A program made the translations under genes and the position numbers. A stretch of DNA of 63,459 nt, the filler included, from Asterionella formosa (taxonomy: Eukaryota), in assembly GCA_002256025.1 (NCBI GenBank). It is 6 parts of 6 records of this genome, joined end to end, with 100 filler letters (N's around TTAATTAATTAA, not from the genome) between each part and the next. Parts side by side here need not be neighbours in the genome. Positions count along the whole stretch, not along the records: positions 31,795 to 42,284 come from NKIB01009456.1; positions 42,385 to 52,873 come from NKIB01009457.1; 4 more parts are not named here. One strand, written 5' to 3'. How positions within the stretch are numbered: position 1 is the stretch's first letter; every line of letters begins with the position of its first letter. Below are positions 37,636 to 49,517 of this stretch, in pieces. The notes beneath the pieces are model-generated. The model did not search any database and was not told the DNA's origin. It was given only the letters and a program-made list of their open reading frames with translations.

Positions 37636-38008
37636 TAAAGTGAACTAAATTAATGAATTCCGTGAATATAATTAATACAATACGTAAATTATCTTATAGA
37701 ATTACGTGAACAAAATGGACATGTTACGTGAAATACAATACAGAATTATGTGAACAAAATTTGAAGGTTACGTGAACTTAATCACAAAATTACGTGAAGT
37801 ATTTCAAATAATTATGTGAAGATGATCACATAATATAATGATGATCAGGAATGCATGCATGATACTCTGATCAAATAATTAATGTGATATATTCAGATAA
37901 TATAGTTGATACATTCAAGTACGCATTTTGATGTATTCAATTAATTCATGTGATCCATTCAAAATCAACTAGGCACATTTACGTGAAGGTCATTTCACGT
38001 AATATGTG
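37636..38008. repeat. TTACGTGAA motif array with exact 22-bp period plus a terminal inverted pair
   Basis: Cores start at 37636, 37658, 37680, 37702, 37724, 37746, 37768, 37790 and 37812, with dissimilar 13-bp spacers. An inverted pair lies at 37979-37987 and 37994-38002. Confidence 0.85.
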
Positions 38009-38844
38009 GCTTAGATGTAGCCTGGCTGACACAAGGAGCAGGAGTGCTTCCGCCCACAGTTGTTGCTCCCACCAAACAACCCTGATCATTCCATTCCGAG
38101 TGAGCATGATTGCCAGGCTGCTGCCAATTGATTCTTCGAAATGCACTTACTCAAAAGGTCCTTTGGCTGGGTGCAATTTCTGGGGCCACGAGGTAGACCC
38201 TGTAGGCCTGCTAGTATCAGCAAAAACCCTGATCCTAGTATGGTATATAAAAGTTTGCGCCTAAAAATCCTATTAGTTAAAATCACATTGACCATGTTGG
38301 TATTATTCTGGTGGTTTACTCAACAACAGAACAACATCCTGCTCCTCTTGATTTATCAATATCTCCGCCATGAGCAGCGCTATCGGTAAACGGATCAAGC
38401 GGCGCGGGAGCACACAATTTCATTTATCTATGACCTATTTAGTGTTGAGCATGGCAAATCCACGCCTACACGAAAAACGCATTCATATGGAAAAGCTTTT
38501 GAGCTTTATAGTGGGCTATTTGGAGCAGAAACTGTACAGGACTACCTCAAATATGGTCCTATAGCAGTCACAACAAAGCTTCTATAACAATTTCACACCC
38601 ATTGCTGTGCAATGGACTTCGATTGCAAGTTCATCATGAATGAATTCAATCACAACAACAATGAGATCAGATGGTAAAATTATTTAAATGTATGCATAAA
38701 TTTATTAATATGAAAATGTTATTTATGATCAAAATTTTACTCAAGCTAAAATTATATTGTACTGGTAGCTATGGTGGCTACCTAATGTAGTTTCAGGATT
38801 CACCCAGCCATAGCTATGAGGATCTACAGTCATATGCTGACCAC

Positions 38845-38916
38845 GGGGGAATGATATAGTGGCTAAGCACATTGTCTTTGTAAATGAAGTTGTGGGTTTG
38901 ATTCCTGCTTCTTTTT
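38845..38916 (+). pseudogene. Decayed tRNA-like sequence (possibly Thr-TGT derived; tRNA pseudogene or SINE head)
   Basis: 72 nt with GGGGGAA/TTCTTTT acceptor, AGTGGCTAAGCAC D-arm, ATTGT-CTTTGTAA-ATGAA anticodon arm and GTGGG-TTTGATT-CCTGC T-arm. The anticodon and T-arm stems largely pair if TpG is read as CpG. Confidence 0.45.
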
Positions 38917-39424
38917 TGAGAAGCAATTGTTGGGTTCAATTCCCACACTCCTTATCATCCCACATGGTCTTGCACGGTGTGTAAGAAAAAGTGGGTTGCC
39001 CCCCCCCCCTACAAGCAAGGTGTGCTGCCTTCCTTGGAAGTCAGAGTTTCCCCTAACTGTTTCTAAGACTATCATCTTTTCCAGGAGGTGGTAGGGGACT
39101 CACCTACACTAACAAAACTAGGAAAGCACAGGTGTTTTTGGCAGGTTCTCCTATGAAAAGCCACTTGTAACCCAAAGTCTTAGAAAGTGCAACATAGGTG
39201 ATTTAAATTTCAGAACATATCAAGTGAGGCATTTATGTCTCCCATGAACAAACCATAGATTGCATACCCACAATTGCAATATGATGTTTTATGTTCACTA
39301 GTTTACTGGATGGTTGAGGGATGGTGCAATGAAAGTGTTATACAGGAATGCAAAAGAAATAACTTTCTTGAATTCAAAAAGGTAGACCAAGACAAATGAA
39401 TTCCCAATATCAGAAAGCCCCAAA

Positions 39425-40273
39425 TTAAAAGTCGACAAGGCCAAGGTTACTTCCAACTAAAGATATCTTCCGGTGGTCATCTTCCAAGTGGTCATTGTAC
39501 AAGCCATCATTATCATTGTACAAGTAATGTTGATCAAAGGAATTAGACCTGGGACTTGGGCGTCGCCATAAGTACCAAGCGAACATACCAAGAATACCGA
39601 TAGTACCAATCAGGATCAAAAAGCTCCACAAAAACGAAGCCAGAGGGGTTGAAAGAGCTCCCCTCTGCGTTACATTCTTGGACCAAGAGGTGATTATATT
39701 GCCGGCACACATCTTAGTGTTGGCACCACCTAGATCATACTTGTTTGGGTCCTTCGATGAATGGAAACCAATAGACACATAAGGAGAGAAGGCTTTATCA
39801 TCGGAGGAGCTGGAAGAACCCGATGAGCTACTCCAGTAAAATTGAGTCGACAGGGTATAAGAACCCAATGAAGAACACGAACTCCCGCTGGTAGACTTCA
39901 ATGTCCCTAGGTAGCAGAGGCGAGCATTTTTATAGACAGTGACCGTTTCATTATTTCCCGATGCTGTCAGTGTCAGCATTGGATCGACACCGTTCAAATC
40001 ATTAATAATATCGAATGTGATTGTGATCTTAGCCTTGTCTCCGGCTTTACAGGTTTCGCTGTCGCGGTACTTGCCGCTTCCGTAGTAGAAAGTTCCTGAG
40101 CTGTCGCATCCTACGGAAATGCTAGTAATTTGTATGTCGGAGTCGGAGCAGAGAGCGAAGGAGTTGTAACCATCTTGTGATGAGCTGCCACCACCTGAAT
40201 AGCTTCCGTCGTTTGCTAAACTGATCCTTGCAGTAAGCAGCAGTACGCTGACCTGAGAGAGCCTCCGAAGCAT
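39425..40273 (-). CDS. Uncharacterised type I membrane protein (signal peptide, Cys-containing ectodomain, single TM, short tail)
   Basis: ATG at 40273 gives MLRRLSQVSVLLLTARISLA. TM LASFLWSFLILIGTIGILGMFAWYLW followed by RR. Intact. Confidence 0.8.
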   Translation of the reverse strand: MLRRLSQVSVLLLTARISLANDGSYSGGGSSSQDGYNSFALCSDSDIQITSISVGCDSSGTFYYGSGKYRDSETCKAGDKAKITITFDIINDLNGVDPMLTLTASGNNETVTVYKNARLCYLGTLKSTSGSSCSSLGSYTLSTQFYWSSSSGSSSSSDDKAFSPYVSIGFHSSKDPNKYDLGGANTKMCAGNIITSWSKNVTQRGALSTPLASFLWSFLILIGTIGILGMFAWYLWRRPSPRSNSFDQHYLYNDNDGLYNDHLEDDHRKISLVGSNLGLVDF

Positions 40274-41968
40274 TGGCGTTGTTTTCGTTTTGATTAACGA
40301 TGAATGATCGTGAAAAACGTTTTCGGCTTGTAAAGGTATACAGGAGATTCGCGTAAACACTTAATCAGAAGCGATGAGTTGAAAAGCCTCAGTTTGCGGT
40401 CAACCGACGAAGCAAAGAATGAAATTGCCTTAGTGTCGATAGGTTTCGGCAACATCGACTGAAATCATCAAGCCACTGTTTGTTCATCTGCTGCCCCGTC
40501 TCTTCACTGTTTCGTTTCACTTATGTTCGGTTAAAACGGAGTTAAATTTCTCTTCATGGTCGTATACAATATTCCATGTATGGCGATCATTTGCAAACAT
40601 GCTGGCGCCCTTCCATACGTCGACCTCGTTTTCTTATGTGTCAACATTTATATATACACCAGTAAACTACCGGGTCAGAGTACCATGTAACGAGCGATAG
40701 CCAACCATAGCTAAATAAAGTCTGGATTAAATAAGTATACCGGTACTGCTACTGGTACTACCGGTAAAAAATATCATTCAGAACAAAACAATACTGTAGC
40801 TATACCGTACAGTATAGCTAGAAATAAGAATACAAGGAGGAGTAGAATGGAAGGACGTGGGACAGAACATGTACCGGTAAGTGGTATGCAACCTTGATGG
40901 CTGGGTCGATGGGTGAAGAGTGGACTACCACTGCCTAGTACGTACATGGTACTCCGTTGCTTGCAAACAGAAAACCTACCTTGTATATATATAGTGTACA
41001 GGTAGGCTAGGATTAATGTGGTAGACTACCTGGTACCGGTACTCCAGGTAGGAGACTACCGGTACTGCTATGTACCGGTATACACGTTTAACAGCGTCAC
41101 ATGCAACCTTCACCGTACATACCAGTAGTCAAACGTTTGTATTTTCCGGGTTGTTTTAGCATTTTCCGTATTGTTTTAGACTGTTGTTCCTGTACATAGG
41201 TAAAACTTCTTTTTTGAGTTTCACCGACATTTTCGTTGAGCCAGTCAACAAACTGCTATAGTACTTCATGTTGTTGCTCCTTGCCTGTTGCGGAAAAAGT
41301 GGTTTTGGCAATATTTTTGTAATACAGAGGCTGAGGATTTCCAATAACAGTAAAACCTGGCTGAGCGAAGCAGATCCCTAAAGGATTCAATACACAGCCA
41401 CTAGACATCAATCCAAAGGTCTTCCCAATTCCTACTAGCATGCCACAGGGCCACATTGGATTGTTTGCCATCATACACTGATGGTGAATTGCAGTCTAGC
41501 AAAATCAATTGCCCTTTGATGCTTCTATATGAGGGCTTTCATTTGTCATTGATCTCGCAGCCAAATATAGCACACACGGATGATGATCACAAGATAAGCA
41601 AACTCAGGTTTCGAAACTTGCTTGTTTCACATTCTCCAGGATCCAGGTAGCTTGCCTGCCAGCCAGCCAGCATTCGTATATTGGGCTTGTGTGACTTGTG
41701 ACTATGGTCATCTTTGCTGGCTCTGATTGCAGCTCTCCAGATGTGCACTCATATTGGCTATTTGAAAACCTCCAGTATCTAAAATCTTTCATCGTCACTT
41801 GTTTGTTATATCAGAAACTTTTTATTTTCATCTGCCCTAAGGAAATGAACCTGAGGACACGAAAAATTTACTACCAGTATACATCAATTGAATAATTTTG
41901 TTTAATTCACTTCCACAACATTGTACTACAATCTCAAAAGGTTCAGTCGACAATCATAATTTAAATTT

Positions 41969-42283
41969 TCATGAAAGGGCATATAGCTCATGGGTTTGAG
42001 GATCGAGGAGAACACTCTTGTCCTCGGTCTTTTGATGCAACAAAATCATGGCAAAGAAAGCAACCACTACCACAGTGCCCACGAGAATACCATAATTATT
42101 TCCAAACGTTCCCGCTTGTCGAGAATATAGAAAATTAATAGATCCTTCTGCACCACCAGCACCCTCCATGTAGTTATCGCCATTCTCAGTACACACGATG
42201 TTGATGCCTCCGAGATCGAAGTCACCGTCAGCCTCAGTTGAGAAACCAATCTCAACCAGGGGAATAAAGGTGGTTGTGCTGCC
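41969..42283 (-). CDS. 3' part of a paralogous type I membrane protein (5' end off contig)
   Basis: GSTTTFIPLVEIGFSTEADGDFDLGGINIVC shares F.P.V.IGF...DLGG.N..C with the 39425-40273 protein. TM YGILVGTVVVVAFFAMILL. Confidence 0.7.
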   Translation of the reverse strand, partial: GSTTTFIPLVEIGFSTEADGDFDLGGINIVCTENGDNYMEGAGGAEGSINFLYSRQAGTFGNNYGILVGTVVVVAFFAMILLHQKTEDKSVLLDPQTHELYALS

Positions 42284-42284
42284 T

Positions 42285-42384
42285 NNNNNNNNNNNNNNNN
42301 NNNNNNNNNNNNNNNNNNNNNNNNNNNNTTAATTAATTAANNNNNNNNNNNNNNNNNNNNNNNNNNNNNNNNNNNNNNNNNNNN
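42285..42384. other. Artificial contig linker
   Basis: N44-TTAATTAATTAA-N44. Confidence 0.99.
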
Positions 42385-44311
42385 AGATAAAATGGGAGCA
42401 AACTAACAGAATTAATGGTAGTCAGAGTGAAGAATATTTGTGAACGGAAATGTTGCGAATTGTCGAGAAAAGTACCGTATTATAGAGATTATTACTGAAC
42501 AAATTTTTCTTCGTGTCGCCAGAAAATATTGTCAGTTGGCCCCAAAAATTATGTGGGTTTCTAAAATAATTATGGAAGTTGTCGAAACTATTTAAGTTCA
42601 CTCCGTCCATATATATTGTATGATGCATCATATTTTTTTGTGATGTCATACCCTTAAATTATGTACGTAGCTAAATTCGTCATATTGGGCCACCCAAATA
42701 ATTAATTTGGGTGATCATATTTGACTAGCGTTTTTTTTGTGGCGGCTGTACCAGTAATCGGCGTTGTAGATGTACCTTGTTGGATTTCCACTGTGGGTAA
42801 TTACATTCCAAGTGAAAAGACAATGTGGCATAAAGTACTACAATGCCTTTTTTGCAGTAATAGTTAATGGAATAATACTGGCCAAGTGTTTGGTTATCAT
42901 CCTTGTTTTCCCCAGGCTCCTCTACACTAAACTCACAACTTGTAGTACTATCATAGGCTATTTGCCATAACCTCTGTACAACATCATGGAAATAAGTACA
43001 TTTTTGTAAGCATGGGAATGTGTCAGTTCATTTACTCTCCTGGTCAACATTGCTTGTTGCCATGCTGATGTTTAATTGTAATGATGTTCAAGTTTATTTT
43101 AATTTATGATGTTTTACCAGTAGTATAATCCCTCAACATAACATAACACAGCCAGTGCACCAGGTACACAGGTACAGGTACGAGTCGTGCCCAAAAGTAC
43201 TCACCAGCTACACATGCCTGGTACCAGGTACCAGTAGCAGCACTGTACCAGGTACCCTGTTACTGGTACCACTAGCGGCACTCCAGTACGAGGTACCAGG
43301 TACCCCTGGTAGAATTTCTTGGACAATACCATGGCATACTGCAGGGTTCCATCGGTCCGTTGGTAGAATATTCTACCAAAATGTGAAAAAAAATTCTACC
43401 CCCGGTACTACTGGGTAGAATTTTTGCCTTCCTCTATACCATATTTTCACCACGGTCAAGCAAGGGAGGGGGAACGGACAGTATTGACCTGTCCAGAGTA
43501 GAACACTACCGGAGCCCTACAGAAAAATACTACTTTGGTAGAATTTCGTCAATAATGTACCGGTATGTGTTTTGTACCTGGTACCCTGTACAATGTAACC
43601 ATCTGCAAAGCATTACTTATAAAGGTGTATGTCGCATAGAAAAATAGGGTTAGGGATTACGACCCATTTCCGGTACCGAAAGGTACCTGGTACCTGTCAT
43701 CCCGAAAGCAGACAGAGCATCAGGCCACCACATGCATCACATCAGCGAGTGAAAATGGAATCAACCTATTGATCGGTAAGTTTGGCGAACTGGGTTGATA
43801 GTCTCAGTTTTTGTAAAAGAACGTTGTAATGGAATGATTGAAGAGTCGCTTGAGGGTGAATTGCCAATGCTTTGCTGAAAGAAAAATTCGGGGACTTTGA
43901 TATGTATCGCCCATTGTCATTCTGCGTCGAACGGCTTCAGAAAATACACAGCGCGAAGCACTTACTAATATTATACTTGGGTTATTCAGTCTTGTATAAA
44001 ACCTGTATACACGTCAGCAATCTCTCCGAACGAACGCCGGTGTCAACCTTTTTCGTCGCTACTGCCTTCTTCATTGACACTCCCACTATCGTAAGATAAA
44101 TCCATACCCAAATTGCTCCCTTTGATCCGGTATCTATTTTACTCCTCCCTCTCACCGCGTTCTCCTTTTACAGACAAGAATTGAATGCAGTTGATCTCAT
44201 CTTGTCTCACCGAACAGGGAACACAACCATTGCGAATCAAGAACGTATCATTGAAAGCGAAGTTTGACTGTCAACCAAACGACCATTCCAAATAAGGCTT
44301 TTCCTATTTTC

Positions 44312-46328
44312 ATGAGACAAGAGACAGCAATAGCCAGGATATCCTCAACACGAATATCATCGAGAGCAAGGACTCAAAGCATTCCTGCTCTTGTCAACAG
44401 TGACCAAGACGAAAGGACCGACTCACCATCAAGTATGGCTGACCCCAAGCAAAACGATGGCTCGTCCTCCGACGACGACGACGGCAAGGGCAAGTCTCGC
44501 CGTGAGCTTCCCACCGGTGCAGTAGCTACTTTAAAAGCATGGTTGCTTTCTCCAGAGCATTTTACGCATCCTTATCCGACGCCACAAGATCAAATCATGT
44601 TAATGCAAAAGACCGGTATCGATAAGAAGCAGTTGAAAAATTGGTTTACTAATGCTCGTAGGCGAATATGGAAACCCATGCTCAAAAAGCAGTTGGAGCA
44701 AGGAAAGTTGACTCCCACCGGGGTAGGTGGTGGCGGTGTTGCGGGGCCTGGGCTTATGGTGACCAGCGTGCCTGGGCCACTCGCTCCTACCGAGTTGACG
44801 ACGCCTGAGTTGCAAGTGCATTATCAACAAGCGGTACAACAGCAGCAACCCCAACCTGTAAGATATTTTATTTCAATTCAAATTGCTACCCCTCATACTT
44901 TTTTCAAATCTAATAAGATTCAACATTCCTTTGTTACCACAGTACGACCCATATGGTGCTCCTGCGTTTATGCAAGCTCCCGCTCCAGTCATGGCCCCAA
45001 GTCCTGTGCAATACTATCAGCCTCAGTATAGTCAACAGATGGTCCCAGCTGCACCAAGTGGTTCTATTGGATCATTAACACCCATGTCCAACCCATCAGG
45101 CAATATCATGGCAACCACAATGAGTAAAAATGACAGTCACGCTGTCCTTATGGAACTATTTGCGCGAGACCAGGACCTCGTTAGACAGGCTACCGAGTCG
45201 GCGAATTTGAAGGCGGCAACAACTACGACTGATGCGAATAATTCAACTGCTCAACAAGTGACGAGCCAGCATCCCATGAAGATTGGATCGCAGTCTCGTT
45301 TTCTAGGAGCGGTGCCGAGTCTGAATTCTTGGCCGCATTTTTCTAGCATCTCTTCTCTGAACAATTTGGGAACAATGACTGGCGTCAAGTCCATTACAAG
45401 TATGAGCGGTGCGGATCTTGCCAGTCAGGGGAATTTGAATAAAATGGGAAATCTCGCGCAAGTGAAAAGCATGGAATCAATGACGATGGGAAAGAACGAC
45501 TCTTATGCCTTCTTGGAGGTATTCTTTGGAGATAGGAGCATGAGTTCTGTCAATATGGCGGGTTCTTCTGGGAAAGAGCACCGAGGAATGAAGCGGGAGA
45601 GAGACGAGGACAATGACGTAGGACTGTCGTTGGATGAAGATCAACCGCCTACGGCAACCAAACCGATGGACTCTCCTCTGTTGCGAGGAACTACTCCCTT
45701 GAAAGACGGTACCGGTGACACGGGCACTCTGAAGAGAGCTTACGATGATGCCTTAGCTGCACGTGGGCTCATGTCTGTGAGTCGAAGCTCCGAGAGACTA
45801 ACTGATCTTATCCTTCCTGCTAAGATGCAGAAGACGCTTTCTCAGGAATTTCTGCGCCAGCACCAAACGCAGGCTGCTCAGTATCAGCCGCATCTGCAAT
45901 CTCCCCTTGGACAACAATACATGTATAGTGCCCCGGCTCCAGCTGCTCTAGCTCATACCAGTCAGCAATATCCTGGACAACATCCTCAGCAACAAGACCA
46001 AGGATCTATCCTTTCATCGGATCCCAGCGTCTCCAATGCTTCGGTCGAGGTCAGTTCAGATGCCAAGTGCGTAATTTGTCAAGGATTAAGTGTGGACACT
46101 CAGTTGCGCCCTTGCGGTCATATGTTTCATGAACGTTGTTTGAAGCCCAGCTTACAGACTCCAATTGGTCAGCCTAAGTGTCCTATTGATAGTGTTCCAA
46201 TTCTGTCTGCGCTCTTGGCTGTTCCTACTGATGACAACGTTGCTGCTCCATCCTGGAATCCCAATCCCGAACCTTCATCTAACTCGTTTCCTGCTATTTC
46301 TAACGGCTCACAACGCTCCAAAGCATAG
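44312..46328 (+). CDS. TALE-class homeodomain transcription factor with C-terminal RING finger; two exons (44312 or 44435..44857, 44943..46328)
   Basis: Homeodomain WLLSPEHFTHPYPT..QLKNWFTNARRRIWKP. An 85-bp GTAAGA..CAG intron at 44858-44942 joins the two ORFs in frame. RING CVIC..CGHMFHERC..CPID. Confidence 0.88.
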
Positions 46329-46624
46329 TACTTTTGCTTACAACACTGTGTTTCCCGCCGCTAATATTACGACACTATGTTTAAGTAATCGCATTCGCTA
46401 AACTTCAATAGTGAACCCGAATGATCTAGTTGGGGTACCTCTAGTACGATTGCTGTCAGCAAATATTAGCTTGTATCCGATCAGTTTCTTGTGCAGATGG
46501 AGGATGATGTTGATTCAGCTGTATCTATAAATACCGATCTTTGAAGCTACAGGAGGTGGTAAATGATTCAACACATTTACAGAAATGTAATATATGAAAG
46601 TATCACAAGCACAGATCACTTTGA

Positions 46625-48316
46625 TCACATTATCTTGTGTTCTCTTCGTGCCGGAATTCCATGTTTGCGCATATGTTCCTTAACAGCTATAATTTCAACT
46701 TCCTTTCTGTGGAACATTCCAGCAGCCAACGCTGCTTGAACTCCCGTCTTCTGGAAGACCTCTGAAAAATGCCCCTCATTACCTGCACCACTGCTTGCAA
46801 TCACAGGAATAGTCGTCGCTTCGGAAACCGCCTTCATGAGAGGGATATCATATCCTTGACATTGGCCATCCATGTCGATGCAGTTGAGCATTATTTCGCC
46901 AGCTCCAAGCGCCTCTGCTGCCCTGCAAACAGTCACGGCACAGATGTCTCTCGCTTCCCGCCCACCTTTTATGGTACACTGATACCAACAGAAGCGCTCT
47001 CCGTTAGGACCCGCTTGAGTGTCATCAAGATCCACAACTACATGCTTCGGGTCTACTTGATCTTTGGACGTTGCGTAAACGCGCTTTGGATCTATTGAGA
47101 TAACGACAGCTTGGACTCCATAAACCTTCGATATCGTTTCAAGAGATGTTTCTCCGGTCTTGACACCCCCACTGCTCATATATGCTTCAGCCGCAGCCAC
47201 TGTATCACTACCAATACTGACTTTGTCCGCTCCTGCTCGAAAGTATCGAGCAGCAACCTCCAAAGCAGTGTAAGTCAAACCACATTCGGGATTCGTATAA
47301 CTTCGAATACCTCCACCAACTGTGAGCGGCACAAAAATACTTCGAGATGCTTGTTCAAGTACCTGAAGCATCGGCATGTCATCAATGACACATTGTCGAA
47401 AGCTGGTAATGTTGAGAAACGCAATCTCATCAGCCCCTTCGTTGTAATATCGTCCCGCCAATGACACGGGTTTACCCAAGTTCCTAACTCCACCCCTTCC
47501 TTCCGTAACGCCTTCCTTTTCGTTTTCACGTACATCATACTGGTCTCCTTTAGTGACAACTAAGTCCCCATGATCGTTGGATCTAACGTCTAAGGCAACG
47601 ACCACACGCTTGGTAAGTTTTGTATCGACAGTCAAGTCAGGTGTCAATATCATCGTGTTGCTTAGAGTTCCATCTTCAACCGCCTCCAAGAATCCCTTCA
47701 ACACATTCAGTCCAGTCACTCCACTCTTTTCTGGGTGGAATTGAGTAGCAACCACAGATCCCCTTTGAACTGCACTTATGAATCTTTGCCCAGAATACGT
47801 GGTACTCGTTAACACCCATTCCTTGTTCTCCTCTGTAATGGGAGCATAGTAGGAGTGGACAAAGTAGGTGTCTTCTTCTTCTGAAATCTCATTGAACACA
47901 GGACTCTCTTGGTGGATAGTTCGCCCGTTCCATCCGATGTGAGGAACCGCCATCTTCGTCTCGTCAAACTTGATAACTTTGCCAGGAATCACCCCTAGCC
48001 CAGGGATGGCGTCTTTTCCTAGTTCGTGTTCATCGGACGACTCAAAGAGTGTCTGCATACCAAGACAAATACCAAGAAAGGGACGATCATAATTCGCCAA
48101 ATACTTGCGGAGAGGCTCATCGTAGCCTTGATTCTTCAAGACGCTCATGGCGCTTCCATACGAACCAACACCAGGAAAGACCAAAACTTTGGCATCGTCA
48201 ATCTGCGATGGATCAGTAATGTCCTCGACCTCGTAACCGTTGGCCATAATGGCATTCCGAACGGATCGGACGTTTCCAGCACCGTAGTCCAGCAAAGAGA
48301 CCTTGAAGGAAGGCAT
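46625..48316 (-). CDS. HIS7: Bifunctional imidazole glycerol phosphate synthase (HisH-HisF fusion)
   Basis: [21 protein letters not shown] and TQFHPEKSG in the amidotransferase domain. [29 protein letters not shown] and [10 protein letters not shown] in the cyclase domain. Intact 563 aa. Confidence 0.97.
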   Translation of the reverse strand: MPSFKVSLLDYGAGNVRSVRNAIMANGYEVEDITDPSQIDDAKVLVFPGVGSYGSAMSVLKNQGYDEPLRKYLANYDRPFLGICLGMQTLFESSDEHELGKDAIPGLGVIPGKVIKFDETKMAVPHIGWNGRTIHQESPVFNEISEEEDTYFVHSYYAPITEENKEWVLTSTTYSGQRFISAVQRGSVVATQFHPEKSGVTGLNVLKGFLEAVEDGTLSNTMILTPDLTVDTKLTKRVVVALDVRSNDHGDLVVTKGDQYDVRENEKEGVTEGRGGVRNLGKPVSLAGRYYNEGADEIAFLNITSFRQCVIDDMPMLQVLEQASRSIFVPLTVGGGIRSYTNPECGLTYTALEVAARYFRAGADKVSIGSDTVAAAEAYMSSGGVKTGETSLETISKVYGVQAVVISIDPKRVYATSKDQVDPKHVVVDLDDTQAGPNGERFCWYQCTIKGGREARDICAVTVCRAAEALGAGEIMLNCIDMDGQCQGYDIPLMKAVSEATTIPVIASSGAGNEGHFSEVFQKTGVQAALAAGMFHRKEVEIIAVKEHMRKHGIPARREHKIM

Positions 48317-48905
48317 CGCAAAGTACTTCTTGAAAAGTTAAGATAAATGAGCAGAAGCAATGAGCGATGATTGTCGTGGGCGCGAAAGGGTGTGCGATGC
48401 AGACTGATAACAAAAGGTGCATGTATGAACGATACGTTTCACGTGGTCCGTACGCACACACAAAAAACCTATGGTTTGCTTGTAGACCATTCATGTCTCC
48501 ATAAATTAGCTAAGAAATAGATAATAGGAGTACCAGTACCAGGTACTACTTATGACACTAATAGACGTACGTACCGGTAGCCTGCTTGCTCGATTTCAGG
48601 TATGGTATTTTCATCCCAGAACCAAATAGAGCTGCTCCTTTTCATGAGCAGCAAGGTCGACAATGACCAGTGAGTAACAGGTACCAGGTACCATTGGATG
48701 ACTCTAGAGTTATAGGTTTCGTCCTGGCTTCCTAGACTTGAGAAACATGTCAACATACATAGAGCCAAATGCACAATAGAATTCATGTAATGCTCTTGAA
48801 TCACATTTATGGTCACATATGTTGACCATTGCAGGGTTCAATGAATATGGAACGGTCTTCTGGGATCACAATGTCATGTTCTGAACCCGAAGTGTACCAG
48901 CAGAG

Positions 48906-48971
48906 TACCGGTACCAGGTACCAGTACTCAGACTACCGGTACCAGGTACCAGTACTCAGACTACCGGTACC
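48906..48971. repeat. 28-bp tandem repeat built of stacked TA-bounded palindromic motifs
   Basis: (taccggtaccaggtaccagtactcagac) x2.4. Confidence 0.9.
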
Positions 48972-48986
48972 AATAAAAATTTACTT

Positions 48987-49517
48987 TTAGGGGGGTGTTT
49001 TTACATTCCTGGGAGTTCGCTTCGTCGTCGTTTTTATCTCATTCTGCCCCCTTCGATATTTTGCTACCTTCGCGGTGCACTTTGCAATGACCGGCTCTTT
49101 TCGGATCTGTCTGCCTTTTCTTCTTTCAGCCTTTGTTGCTTTTTCCGAAACAGCAAGAACACGACAATTTACTTCCTTGACACGACACTTGACAACCTCA
49201 GTGACGAGGTCGTAAGGGATAGGCTGCGAAAGTGGAAACTTAAGGTTACGTTTCGGTCCAGCGTAAACCGAAAGTTCCTGGATCAACATCGCATTATCCT
49301 TGTCCCCCGGATCGGCTGAAATAGGTGGATAGATACCAATGTGCGTTTTGAAGGCAGCAAAATAAATCAAAGGTTTGTTGTGAAGTTGAAATGCTGGCAT
49401 TTTGTAGCTAATTGTCTCATGGGCTTCAGGGGGTGCGGCTTGTTTTATGGTTTGACGGATCATGTGAAGGATACTCTGAATGTCATCTGGAAAGGTGGCA
49501 ATGTAATCATCGATCAT
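48987..49517 (-). CDS. DUF1801/YdhG-like protein with basic C-terminal extension
   Basis: IDDYIATFP..IRQTIKQAAP.EAHETISYKMPAF...LIYFAAFKTHIGIYP...LKFPLSQPIPYDLV. The start codon is uncertain (ATG 49517 or upstream). Confidence 0.8.
   Translation of the reverse strand: MIDDYIATFPDDIQSILHMIRQTIKQAAPPEAHETISYKMPAFQLHNKPLIYFAAFKTHIGIYPPISADPGDKDNAMLIQELSVYAGPKRNLKFPLSQPIPYDLVTEVVKCRVKEVNCRVLAVSEKATKAERRKGRQIRKEPVIAKCTAKVAKYRRGQNEIKTTTKRTPRNVKTPP

Noticed and set aside
37636..37820. CRISPR array
   Set aside because: A 9-bp repeat with 13-bp spacers is far too short, there are no cas genes, and the context is eukaryotic.
46769..48494. Overlapping and antisense short ORFs over HIS7 (likewise over PDI, the sulfotransferase and the ARM repeats)
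   Set aside because: They are shadow frames of real genes with no motifs of their own.
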